Assembly: GCF_963921235.1 (NCBI RefSeq)
Contig: NC_086097.1
Location: 33,854,001-33,918,000, forward strand
DNA: 64,000 nt
Direction: 5' to 3'
Source of the DNA: Mobula hypostoma
Lineage: Eukaryota
Made by a program: the position numbers and the translations under genes. The notes beneath the pieces were generated by a model. That model saw only the letters and a list, made by a program, of their open reading frames with translations. It did not search any database and was not told the DNA's origin. This document shows positions 38,995-51,309 of this stretch, piece by piece; position 1 is the stretch's first letter; every line of letters starts with the position of its first letter.

Positions 38995-39184
38995 TGTTAA
39001 ATAATTAATTAAATGTGACCTAATAGTTATTTGTTCATTGTGCTTGTCTATTTTTGAAGAAAATATTTTTTATTTTATATACTTTAATGATTTTTGAACA
39101 CTTTGTTTCATTTTTGGTACCCTCTAAGTATTACTGAATGCTGGAGGCATTCATAGCATTTATGAATTGGGCTGTCAGGAAGAC

Positions 39185-39410
39185 TAGTGGTTACAGTAAT
39201 GCCAGCAACCTGGCCACTGTAAGGACTATGTATGTTCTCCCCTTGACCATGTGGGTTTCCTCCGGGTGCTCCGGTTTCCTCCCACATTGCAAAGGCATGC
39301 AGGTGAGAAAGTTAATTGGTCACATGGGTGTAATCAGGCAGTGTGGGCTCATTGGGCCAGAGGGACCTGTTACCACTCTGCATCTCTAAATAAAAGTAAA
39401 TAAATAAAAT
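39185..39410 (+). mobile_element. V-SINE
   Basis: TGTTCTCCCCTTGACCATGTGGGTTTCCTCCGGGTGCTCCGGTTTCCTCCCACA; (TAAA)n tail. Confidence 0.8.
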
Positions 39411-40172
39411 TACAAGTCTTGACAGCTTTAACAGCCTGCAACACGGAGGTGATAGAAGGAGTTGCTTTGCCAGTTGTGAAAAACGGTTAGGGGACTCTAG
39501 GGGTTGGTGAGCTTGCACTGCGCCACCTGAGGCCTCTCTTCTGCCTGGGGCTTTATTGCCAGACACAGTGAGGGAGGCTCTCTACGTTCAGATTAGGAGG
39601 GTTCAGGTACGGAACAACTGAGGGATGCAGGAAATGCAGCAACCAGAAGATCCACAATGCTCGAGAACTTCACACAGCAAAACTTTATCCCATTTAAGCA
39701 GCAAGTATTCAAAATATTCTTTTACCGTGCAATGGTTTGCAATAAATTCACCTTTTCTCCTTTCACAGCTCTCAGCTGGTTTATTAATGAAAATAATGGA
39801 ACTTCTCCAAAAGACTCGTACCACTGAAATTCCCCTATTGTGGATGTCTGAGTTAATGCTACTCAAAATGTGATCTGAAACAATCCAAACTAATTAATTA
39901 TAACTTTCTGATTGTGATTCAATGTTTCCAACAAAACGCCTCAAAAGAGTCCCTCTAAGAATGGTTATTTTTAAAACATTTAAACAGTAGGGTCTGGCTC
40001 AGTGGAAAATGAGCTACAGTTTATTTTCTTAATCCACAGAGCTCTAATTTCTAACCTGTTACATTGAAGTATGTTATATCTCTATATGGAGTTAGTGTAA
40101 TCATCCCCAGGATACTCCACCTCTGGCACATCTGCTCTCTAGTCTCAGAAATAGTGCTTCAAACGGACTTAC

Positions 40173-40347
40173 CCCTCGTGGTTCCATGTGGAGGACTTCG
40201 GCGACTCTTTCCTCTCTGGTGTTGAGCTGAAGCCACACCGGGCAAGTCCTAATCAGCTTGTCCAGGATGCTGATACCTGGAAATGGTGCTGGCCGGGAAG
40301 GGAGCGGATGAGGCTGCCTGCAGTCATCATTTGCACCTAGCAGAGGG
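40173..40347 (-). CDS. RIN3: RIN3 coding exon 2 (start of SH2 domain)
   Basis: Acceptor ttcgtattcattcag|, donor GGG|gtaagt; 175 nt, phase 2 to 0. Peptide PLLGANDDCRQPHPLPSRPAPFPGISILDKLIRTCPVWLQLNTREERVAEVLHMEPRG; GISIL-KLI-TCPVWLQL is characteristic of RIN3. Confidence 0.95.
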
Positions 40348-40614
40348 CTGAATGAATACGAAGTGTAAGCTTGCTAAAACTTGAGGAGGACAGAGTTTTT
40401 GTGGCTAAGCAATCAGCCGCATCAGTATACTAGTATGATGCTGAGAACTGATTATTTGACACAATAGCACAGGCAAGTTTAGTCTTTGCAAAATCTGAAA
40501 CTGCACTTAATGCAGTGAGATACATGAAGAGAATCCAGCTATGATAGCAAGATATTTCATGTTTTCTCCATAAAACGTAATGATTTTCATTTTGTTATAT
40601 GATCAACTACGTAC

Positions 40615-40664
40615 CCTGGCATGTCTCCAGTTTCCACTTCTTCCCCAGATGTTGTCTTCATCAT
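40615..40664 (-). CDS. RIN3: Probable first coding exon of Ras and Rab interactor 3
   Basis: ATG in ACAATG context with an in-frame upstream stop; encodes MMKTTSGEEVETGDMP(G). The donor AGG|gtacgt is phase 2, matching the next exon. Length and the GD..G end resemble the recalled human RIN3 exon 1 peptide. Confidence 0.7.
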
Positions 40665-40719
40665 TGTCTCCCTTGATCAGCTCTGCTGTGCAGACCCATT
40701 TAAGCAGCTCTCCATCTGA

Positions 40720-41230
40720 AAAACTTTAATATCCAGAGTTGACAGAGGTTTTACATTTCGTAAGATAGAGGATTGCACCCTGCCTCTCAGCCAGAAAGAT
40801 GGCGTAGTATTTTTTCTTTGTAGATCTTAAAAAGTAACAGACGCTGGAGGAGAGGAAGGCGGCTGCTGTGGGTTCTCTGTCTTTGACTTCCTGTGCTCTG
40901 TGATCAAATGAGAGATCTCAGGAAGAGGCAGTACTAAATGGTCAAGCTTTCAGTATTACTACCTCAAGCTCTCCAGAGTCAGAACTTTCTACAAAAAGTG
41001 GGAGGAGCACTGGTTTCAGCTGGCCAGCTTTGGAGCCAAATCCATTTTAAAACTAGCAGCAGCTTTCCAGGGCAAAATTAAACAAATCTGGTTTCTTTTT
41101 GCAGAGTTGGCCACTTTACCTAGACGATTCTGAAGACATTACTCACTGAGAAGTACTTTGAAGATGAGTAGACCCCTCCTCTCTCCCCACCCTCCTTACC
41201 CCCTTCCCCCACTCCCAATTACACACAGAG
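40720..41230 (-). promoter_or_regulatory. Putative RIN3 promoter / 5' region
   Basis: TE-free sequence just upstream of the first coding exon. Contains YY1-like AAGATGGCG (40796-40804), ETS-like ACAGGAAGT on the minus strand (40886-40894), and a C-tract/CACCC cluster (41173-41216). Confidence 0.35.
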
Positions 41231-41902
41231 TAATTATTCTAAGACTAGGCACATTTCAAAACTCTGGCATGTACCGATGAGAAATAGTTTTTTTAATAAT
41301 TGGAAGCCTGTCAACTTTAGAAACTGTCAACTGCAATGAATGAATTGGAGGAATATATTAAGTGATTTCAGCAAATTCCACAAGAGCATGCAAAACCAAA
41401 ACTTAGATAAAAGGTTCCAAAATAAAAAGATACAACGGCTGGTTGCAAATTATGATTGTGAAAGACTGTGATGAATGGTAGCAGTCTGAGTTTTCTTTAA
41501 ATGGTCTTTAGGTATAAAGGATTTTGCATGAAGGGGTCTGGTATTCTTTATATAAACAGCTGGAGGCAGTATCTTGTTCCATTGACTGAATTCCTCAAAA
41601 CATTGTGTGAGAAATCTCAGAATGTGCTTGTTTGCTTTTTAAAGATTAGCAGTCTGGGTGAAAATGAAGGATTTTGTTGCAACTCTTATCTCTTCCAAAA
41701 CACCAAGTCAAATTCCTCCCCTTTATCATCCTTTCCATTGTTTTTAACCATTTAATTAGTGATATCTGGTTTCTTCTTATCTTCTGTGCACTACATCCAA
41801 AATTTCAGCTGAAATTCAACGGGCGTGGTATGTAATAGTCTATTTGCACAACATAAGATTATTGTGCACACTGGCTACTAAAAATTAGAGGCATCTATCA
41901 CT

Positions 41903-42572
41903 GATAGATGTCCAATTGATTTTCAAACAACTACAATTATGAAATTCCAAAATATCCTTCCCCTGGTGGTAAAAGAGGTGTAGAGCAAAAGCTGGGGGTC
42001 TTTTACTGAAATTAAGTTGTGCAGAAGTTAAATAGCGACTCTTGGACCGTACTTTACTGTGATTATCATCATATCTAAGTTTGAACACTGGATCATCTGC
42101 ACGGCTGGAGCCCCAAAGGAATGAGGGATTGAAGCGAGGGACATTATTAAACCTGCTTATAAATTAGAGGGTAGCAGATTGGAGAGTCACTGTGGAAGCA
42201 GCCTGAAATACTTGGAAATGAAAATCAGCAGTTTCTATATAAAGCGACAGATCTACCCTGCCACCTTCAGCATAAATATTAATGTGCACACGAGATGAGG
42301 CACTCAAGGATTAATTATCATTAGCAGAACTGTACGACAAGTGACATCATTTGTTACACCCAGAGAATGCTGATGGGAAGAGACTGACAATGAAGGGCTC
42401 TAAAACGAGTAACATCAGGGGGCATGGTAAGTGACACATGTCTAATTGATTGTCAAAAGAACTGCAGCGATGAAATATAGAAATATCCTTCTCCTGGTGG
42501 TAAAAGAGGCGTAGAGCAAATGATGAAAGTCTTCTACTGAAACTAAGTTATGCAGAAGTTAAATAGTGACTC
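41903..42572. repeat. Diverged ~140-bp direct repeat (41903-42041 and 42433-42572)
   Basis: Shared AAATATCCTT-CCTGGTGGTAAAAGAGG-GTAGAGCAAA and TACTGAAA-TAAGTT-TGCAGAAGTTAAATAG-GACTC. Confidence 0.9.
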
Positions 42573-42889
42573 AGAGGCAAGTTAATGTCTAGCCTGAGAA
42601 AATTATTGCTGAATAAGTGGCTAAATCCTCCAGGCTGGTAACAGAAGTGCTCTGGAATGTTCAACAACCAATTTAATCAAACTAATCCAGGCCGTGAAGA
42701 GTGTCTACATGAGCATCTCATCACTGTCTATGCAGGAGTTTGCACATTTTTGCAGTGACACTGTGGGGATTCCCTGGGTTCTCCTGTTCCTTTCCACACA
42801 TGGATGACTTGCTGGTAGGTTTGTGGATTACAGTGAATTGTCCCTTGATGTAGCAAGAGGCAAAATGAATCAAAGGGGCATGTGGTCTT

Positions 42890-43512
42890 AGAGTCATAGA
42901 AAAATACAGTACAGAAATAGGCCCTTTGTCCCATCCAGTCCACGCCGAACCTTTTAAAGTGATGACTCCCATCGAACTGCGCCTGGACCGTAGCCCTCCA
43001 TACCCCTGCCATCCATGTATCTATCTAAAGTTCTCTTGAACGTTGAAATCGAGCTTGCATGCACCACTTGCACTGGCAGCTCATTCCACACTTGCATGGC
43101 TCTCTGAGTGAAGAAGTTTCCCCTCATGTTCCCCTTAAACATTTCACCTTTCACCCTTAACCCATGGCCCTTAGTTGTAGTCCCACCCAACCTCAGTGCA
43201 AGTCTGCTTGCACTTACCCTATCTATACCTTCATAATTTCATATTCTTCTATCAAATCTCCCCTTGATCTTCTATATTCCAAAGAATAAAGTCAATGTTT
43301 CCTTATAACTCAGGTCCTCCAGTCCCAGCAACATCCTTGTAAATTTTCTCTGCACTCTCTCAACCTTATTTTCATCTTTCCTATAGGTAGATGACCAAAA
43401 TTGCACACAATACTCCAAATTAGTCCTCACCAATGTCTTATACAACTTCAACATAACGTCCCATCTGCTGTACTCCATACTTTGATTTATGAAGGCCAAA
43501 CTGCCAAAAGCT
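42890..43512 (-). mobile_element. CR1 LINE 3' fragment
   Basis: LYKTLVR-NLEYCVQFWS--YRKD; RGNFFTQR--QVWNELP. Confidence 0.9.
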
Positions 43513-43741
43513 GTGTGGGAGATGTCATAAGGTTGTTGTAAAATAGCAGGGGGGGTGAATGGGATTGCTCCTTGGGAACCTAATGGATTAAATGGCCTTT
43601 CTCAGTGCTATTTTATGGATAAGGTAAAGTTTAGTCAAACACCTGCTTGGACAGTGATGAGATGTCCTTGCACAGCATAAACATGCCAGATTTAAAACGG
43701 AGGGGGCCTGTTGCTTCTTGTCTGCAGAGCGGGAGATCGCA

Positions 43742-44570
43742 GAGTGATGTCAAGATGGCGCTAAACAGCAACTCCTTTGCTTGCATCTTCGGAAACAGCT
43801 CCAGCTCTATCTTTGAACTCTCTTTTTTTTTCTAGGTTTTTTTGAAGACCCTGAACTGAAGTTACACTCTGACTTTGGTTCCTCGTGGAAATGGGACTGG
43901 CTCCCAGGGCCTCACGACCAGCTGCTTTTTGGTATCCCGAGGATGCGGCCTGGAACACCAGCACACCTTTAGGGTTCTGGATTTTCCTGGCTCTGGAGAC
44001 ATGCTGATCCTAGGCCGGTGCCCCTGACTGAGGCATCGTGGGAGATCACGGAACATCGGGAGCAGCGAGTTAGCTGCCATGGGTTGTGTGTCTAAAGAGC
44101 TGCGCCTTTCTGGAGCCAACTCTCTGGGCGTAGAGCTCGGAAAAATCGCTGCAACAAACTTTTAACATCATAAATCAGTCTCCCCTCTCACTGTGAAACG
44201 GGGACACCTCTTTTTCCCTTATTAGGGACAAAGAGAGCCTGTGGTATGTTGAATTACTGGGTGAGCGAGTAGTCTTTGGAGTACTGCAAGTCTTTGTCTT
44301 TATTGATGCTTTGTTGCACACTTGAGTAGTTGGTGCAGGGTGCAGATGCTTTTTGTTGGTGGGGATGGACGGGGGATGGTGTTGGTGCCTTGCAGCTGCT
44401 TGTGCATGGGAGGGGGGAGCTGGGGGGAGCTTTGGGGTTCAAACATTTAACTGTCATTCATTCTTTGTAGGCACTCCTCTGTTTTCATGGATGTTTGTGA
44501 AGAAAAAGAATTTCAGGATGTATTGCATACATTTCTTTGACATTAAATGTACCTATTGAAACCTATTGAA
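43742..44570 (+). mobile_element. Non-coding, non-autonomous non-LTR element
   Basis: 5' CAAGATGGCG motif; CpG-retaining body; 3' end resembling Rex1-type tails, with ATTAAA and (CCTATTGAA)2. Confidence 0.55.
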
Positions 44571-45804
44571 TTGGAGACAGTTCCTTGTGGACTTCATGTG
44601 TCCAGTTTAAAAAGTGATTTGGGCCTGTCAGGGCTTGCCTGCAGAGCGGGATATTATTGGGTTATTAGTAACTTAGCAACGACCAATAAAAAGAAGCAAT
44701 GTGTAAGTGGAGCGGCAATTGCTGGAGTGGGCCGGTGTTAGAGTGCTCAGGCATTGGCTCAACAGGCTTTGCTGAGAATAGGGGGAGGCTAAGGGTGTTG
44801 AGTCATTTGGAATAATTCAGTTGATAATACAACTTAAATTTAAGAAGTTAGAGGCAAAGGCATAACAAATGTAAACAGGATGGTTGTTAAGGATGGAATG
44901 TTCCTCCTATAAGATGTGGGATTGCAGGATACATAACCGTCACCCTGATTACATAATCTGCAGGAGGTGCACCCAACTTCAGCTCCTGACTGGCAAGGAA
45001 TAGGAATTGGAGTTGGATGTACTGTACTCAGGACCATCTGGGAGGCTGAAAACCCCAAAGATGAGATTTTTACTGAGGTGGTCACACCCACAGTGCAGGT
45101 TCCAGATAGAGAAGAGGGGAATAAGTAGTAATTGCAGGGTTCCCCTGTGTCCATTCTCCTCAGAAACAGGTATACCCCTCTGGATACTGCTGGGGTACAG
45201 CAGCAGCAGCCAGGTCAGTGTCAATGCGGCTGGCTCTGAGGCTCAGGTATAGTCAGGTAGAGCAGTAGAGATAGGAGACCCAATAGTTAGGGGTCACAAA
45301 AGAGAAGCCAGGATGGTGTGTTGCCTCCCAGGTGCTAATGTTAAGGATGTCTCAGAGAGGCTGTAGAACATTCTCAAGAGGGAGGGTGAACAGCCAGAGG
45401 TAATGGTGCACACTGACAATAATGACATGGGTAGAAAGGGGGAAGAGGTCCTGCACAGTAAGTATAGGAATCTAGGGAAGAGGCTGAAGAACAGGACCTC
45501 CAACGTAGTAATCTCTGGATTACTCCCAGTGCCATGTGCTAGTCGGGGTAGGAATAGGCTGATTGTACAGGTGAATGAGCGGCTGAGCAACTGGTGCAAG
45601 GGACAGGGTTTCAGATTTCTGGATTATTGGGATCTCTTCTATGTCTGAACCCAATCCTTGCGGGCAGGTTTACTAGAGCTGTTGAGGAGGGTTTAAACTA
45701 ATTTGACAGGGGGATGGGAACTGGAGAGATAAGACTGAGGATGGGGCAGTTGGTATGCAAGTAGATGCAATGTGTAGAGAGGCTGTGAGGGAGGACAGGC
45801 AGAT

Positions 45805-47560
45805 GATAGATAGAAACTTTATTGATCCCAAACAAAATTACAGTGTCACAGTAGCATTACAAGTGCACAGATATACAAATATACAAGAAAGAATAAAATG
45901 CAAGTTACCTCAGTCTAACAGGAGGGAGTCAACACTTCCCCAGCTATATAAGTTGACTCATTATAGAGGGAAAGAGTGACCTCATATAGCGTTCTTTGGA
46001 GCAGCACGGTTGTCTTAGTCTATTACTAAAAGTGCTCCTCTGTTCGGTCCAGGTGACATGCAGAGGGTGAGAAATGTTGTCCAGAGTTGCCAGGATTTTC
46101 TGTAGGGTCCTTTGTTCTACCACAACTCCAGTGTGACCAGTTTGACTCCTATAACAGAGCCAGCCTTTCTAATTAGTTTATTGAGCCTGTTGGCATCACC
46201 TGTGTTGATGCCATTGCCCCAGCACGCCACCGCATAGAAAATTGTACTGGCAACAACAGACTGGTAGAATTTGTGAAGGAGAGGTCTGCATACTCCAAAA
46301 GACCTCAGCCTTCTCAGGAAGTAGAGGTGACTCTGGCCCTCCTTGTACACAGACTATGTGTTGGTGCTCCACTCAAGTCTGTCACCCAGGTGCACCCCCA
46401 GGTATGTGTAGGTCCTCACCACATCCATGTCCTCACCATCAATAGTAACAGGGAGCAGTGCAGGCTTAGTCTTCCTAAAGTCCATCACCATCTCCTTTGT
46501 TGTACTGATGTTGAGCTGCAAATGATTTAGCCTGCACCATTTGACAAAGCCCTGTATTTTATCCTCCCATCCTCCCTTTATACACCCAACTATCGCTGAG
46601 TCATCAGAGAATTTCTGCAGATGACATGACTCAGTGTTGTATCTAAGACCTGAGGTATACAGGGTAAACAGGGAGGAAGCTAATACAGTCCCCTGTGAGG
46701 CTTCAGTGCTGCTTATAGCCATGTCTGACACACAGCTCTGAGCCCCACAAACTGTGGTCTGCCAGTCAGGTAGTCCATTATATAGGATACAATGGAGGTG
46801 CCAACCTGCATTGAATGGAGTTTCTCCCCCAGCAATGAGGGCTGTATGGTATTGAAGGCACTTGAGAAATCAAAAAACATGATCCTCACAGTGCTGCCCT
46901 GCTTATCCAAATGGGAGTAGGCTCTGTTCAGCAGGTAGATGACAGCAGCATCAACTCCAGTGTGCTCCTGGTAGGCAAAGTGCAGGGGATTGAGGGCTGA
47001 TCTGACCCGGGGTCGGAGGTGAGCCCAGACCAGCCTCTCTAAGGTCTTCATGAAGTGTGAGGTCAGGGCCACTGGATGGTAGTCATTGAAGACCTTCAGT
47101 CGGCACTTCTTGGAGACTGGGACTGCACGTGTCAAGACCCTTTCCAGACTGAGACTCAGATTTAGAGTGTGTGGAGAACTCTACACAACTCTACACTCCT
47201 AGCACACCCCTTCAGGACCCTGGGGTTCACACCATCCAGTCCCAATGGTTTGGGGTGTTTGAGTTTCCCCAGAGCCCCTCTCACCTGTTCAGAAGTGGAG
47301 GTGAGTCCATGATGACTGGAGGGGGTTGATGGAAGGTGGGGGCTGGGGGAGGTGAAGATCGGGACAATAGCAGTTGGTATGTGGAGGTGTGGATGGTAGG
47401 TGCAGGAGAAGGAGGGGTGTGGACTGTGGTAGCCTGTGTTATTCGTCCACATGTTGAACTGGAGGGGGAGGGCAGGCGTTGGTGCTGAGGGAGCTGTGGG
47501 TGCCTTGGCACCTGGACTGGTGTGCTGAGGGGGGTGTGAACAAGGTGCCATGCATGAGGC
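45805..47560 (-). mobile_element. Rex1/Babar LINE (FSDD subtype), decayed
   Basis: DY-PVALTSH-MKTLERLV, RIMFFDFSSAFNTIQP, HLQKFSDDSAIVGCI, KEGQSHLYFLRRLRSF; (TCTA)n tail. Confidence 0.9.
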
Positions 47561-47752
47561 TACTTAACAAGTAAGAGCCCATGGTGCTACAGGAAAGATA
47601 CTAGCATGGATAGAAGATTGGCTGACGAGCAGAAGGCAAACAGTGGGAATGAAGGGAGCCTTTTCTGGCTGGCTGCGGTGACTAGTGGTTTGGTGCAGGG
47701 GTTGATGCTGGGATCGCTTCTTTACATATTGTATGTCAGTGATTTGGATGAG

Positions 47753-49590
47753 AGAATCAGAATCAGGTTTATTATCACCGGCATGCGACATGAAATTTGT
47801 TAACTTAGCAGCAGCAGTTCAATGCAATATGTAATCTAGCAGAGAGAAAAAAAATAAATAAATAAAATAAAACATAATAAATAAACAAGTAAATCAATTA
47901 CGTATATTGAATAGATTTTTTAAAATGTGCAAAAACAGAAATACTGTACATTAAAAAAAATGAGGTAGTGTCCAAAGCTTCAATATCTATTTAGGAATCA
48001 GATGGCAGAGGGGAAGAAGCTGTTCTTGAATCGCTGAATGTGTGCCTTCAGGCTTCTGTACCTCCTACTTGATGGTAACAGTGAGAAAAGGGCATGCCCT
48101 GGGTGCAGGAGGTCCTTAATAATGGACGCTGCCTTTCTGAGACACCGCTCCCTAAAGATGTCCTGGGTACTTTGTAGGCTAGTGCCCAAGATGGAGCTGA
48201 CGAGATTTACAATCTTCTGCAGCTTCTTTCAGTCCTGTGCAGTAGCCCCTCCATACCAGACAGTGATGCAGCCTGTCAGAATGCTCTCCACAGTACAACT
48301 ATAGAAGTTTTTGAGTGTATTTGTGGACATGCCAAATCTCTTCAAACTCCTAACAAAATAGAGCCGCTGTCTTGCCTTCTTTATAACTACATCGATATGT
48401 TGGGACCAGGTTAGATCCTCAGAGATCTTGACACCCAGGAACTTGAAGCTGCTCACTCTCTCCACTTCTGATCCCTCCATGAGGATTGGTATGTGTTCCT
48501 TCATCTTACCCTTCCTGAAGTCCACAATCAGCTCTTTTGTCTTACTGACGTTGAGTGCCAGGTTGCTGCTGTGGCACCATTCCACTACTTGGCATATCTC
48601 ACCCCTGTACGCCCTCTCGTCACCACCTGAGATTCTACCAACAACGGCTGTATCTTCAGCAAATTTATAGATGGTATTTGAGCTATGCCTAGCCACACAG
48701 TTATGTGTATATAGAGAGTAGAGCAGTGGGCTAAGCACACACCCCTGAGGTGTGCCAGTGTTGATTGTCAGCAAAGAGGATATGTTATCACCAATCCGCA
48801 CAGATTGTGGTCTTCTGGTCAGGAAGTCGAGTATCCAATTGCAGAGGAAGGCACAGGGGCCCAGGTTCTGCAACTTCTCAGTCAGGGTTGTGGGAATGAT
48901 GGTATTAAATGTGGATCTATAGTCAATGAACAGCATACTGACATAGGGGTTTGTGTTGTCTAGGTGGTCTAAAGCCGTGTGGAAAGCCATTGAGATTGCA
49001 TCTGCCGTTGACCTGTTGTAGCATTAGGCAAATTGCAATAGGTCCAGGTCCTTGCTGGAGCAGGAGTTCAGTCTAGTTATGACCAACCTCTCAAAGCATC
49101 TCATCACTGTTGATGTGAGTGCTACCGGGTGATAGTCATTAAGGCAGTTCACATTATGCTTCTTAGGCACTGGTATAATTGTTGCCTTTTTGAAGCAAGT
49201 GGGAACTTTCGCCCATAGCAGTGAGATGTTGAAAATGTCCTAAAATACTCCCACTAGTTGGTTGGCACACATTTTCGGAGCCTTACCAGGTACTCCATTG
49301 GGACTTTCTGCCTTGCGAGGGTTCACTCTCTTTAACGTCAGCCTAACATCGGCCTCTGAGACAGAGATCAGAGGGTCATCAGGTGCAGCAGGGATTTTCA
49401 CAGCTGTAGTTGTATTCTCCCTTTCAAAGCGTACATAGAAGGCATTGAGTTCATCGGGTAGTGAAGCATCGCTGTCATTCATGCTATTGGGTTTCGCTTT
49501 GTAGGAAGTAATGTCTTGCAGACCCTGCCAGAGTTGCCGTGCATCCGATGTCACCTCCAACCTCGTTCAAAATTGTCTCTTTGCCCTTGA
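47753..49590 (-). mobile_element. Rex1/Babar LINE, relatively young, 5'-truncated
   Basis: 253-aa RT ORF at 48229-48990 ([22 protein letters not shown] in place of FADD); (CTGATT)n tail. Confidence 0.93.
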
Positions 49591-51309
49591 ATTTTGGCCA
49601 AGTTTGCAGACATTAAGCAGATAGGTGGAGGGGAAGGTAGTGTTGAGTAAGCAGGGAGGCAGAAGAACACATGCACAGATTGGGAGAATGGGCAAAGAAG
49701 TGGCAGATGGAATATAGTGTCGGGAAGTGTATGATCATGCACTTTGGATCAGGAATAAAAAGATGCAAAGGGTCTTGGGAGTCCTTGTGCAGGATTCCCT
49801 AAAGGTTAAGTTGCAGGTTGAGTCGATGGTAAGGAAGGCAAATGCAATGTTAGTGTTCATTTAGAGAAAATTAGGAATTGTGTAATGCTGAGGCTTTATA
49901 AGGCATTGGTTAGACTGCACTTGGAGTATTGTGAACTGTTCTGGGACCCTTATCTAAGATGTGCTCTTATCTAATCAATGTGCTGACATTGGAGAGGGTA
50001 AAAGGAGGTTCACAAGAACGATTCTGGGAACGAAAGGGTTAATATATGAGGAGTATTTGGTAGCTCAAGGCCTGTACTCGCTGGAGTTTAGAGGAATAAG
50101 GGGGAGAAGTCTCATTGAAACCTATCGAATAGTGAAAAGCCTAGACAGAGTGGATGTGAAGGGGGTGCTTCCTATATTGAGCGAGTCTAGTACCAGAGGG
50201 CACAGCCTCCGCATAGAAGGACGTCCATTTCAAGCAGATGAGGAGAAATATCTTTATCAAGGGAATGGTGAAACTGTGGAATTCATTGCTAACAACGGCT
50301 GTGGAGGCCAAGTGATTGATAATACTTCAAGGGGAGATTGATAGGATCTTGATTAGCCAGGGCATCAAAATTTATGGGGAGAAGGCAGGAGAATGGATTG
50401 AGAGAGATAATAAATCAGCCATGACGTATAGCGGAGCAAACTTGATGGGCTGAATGGCCTAATTCTACTCTAATGTCATATGGCCTTATACATGTGGAAA
50501 AGTGTACAGTTTATGTTTAACTTCTCGATTTCACAGTTTTAAATGGGTGTTTCTAGCTGCTAAAATTGGGTACTAATTGAATCATTAGTCATGGTAGTTG
50601 AACAGCCCTCGAGTTTTCTGGCAAACATGGAAACTTGGCTGAGAGGAGGGGTAGGGAAATGGAAGAGGGAGTTAGTGTTGATTGCAAACAGGATCTGCGT
50701 TATTAAAAAGAGAGAGTGTGTTCTCTGAAAAAGGATGCGGATTCTTAAAGATAATTCTCTCCTCTAACTCTGCGCTGTGCAAGGTCCAAAATGGCACTTA
50801 GAAGATGACTTACGAAGATCCCAAAGAAAGAAATGCTGGATGGGACAATTTATGCCTCTGCGGGAGAGCATGTGTCCCAAAATCGACTTTGCATTCAGAT
50901 AAAGTAAGGAGCTCAGATTAATTTATTTATCACATATACATGAAAACATACAGTTGAACAGTTCTGTTAAAGGCAACACAACCTAACGATGTCACCATAG
51001 CAAATTGTGATGCAGCATAGCACGCTCACAATGATCAGCAGGCCAGCAGAAGCAACAACAACAATAACAGAACAGCAGCAACAAGACACCAGCAGAACAA
51101 CACTCTTACCCTCCTACCCTCCCACACACACTCACAGACCGCCCTCTAGCCCCAGGACATCTCATCCAAAAGAAAGTATTCCCATTACGAGAGCACACCC
51201 TCAGAACCACATCTGAACTGCAGCCTGGACTAGGTGCCTGGCCAGCGAATTGAAGCTTTCTGACTTGGCAGCAGAACAAAGAGTCATGGCTGAACAAACT
51301 GCTCTGGCT

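Larger units (their letters stand above)
44690..50490 (+). mobile_element. CR1 LINE with ORF1 (SGNH esterase) remnant, split by two Rex1 insertions
   Basis: 45300-45650 VCCLPGA-V-DV, VH---NDMGRK, VVISGLLPVP, N--L-NWC--QGFRFLD-W; RT pieces at 47565-47752 and 49595-50490. Confidence 0.85.

Noticed and set aside
48229..48990. Longest ORF (253 aa) as an active reverse transcriptase
   Set aside because: 5'-truncated Rex1 with flanking stops/frameshifts and the catalytic FADD changed to FAED.
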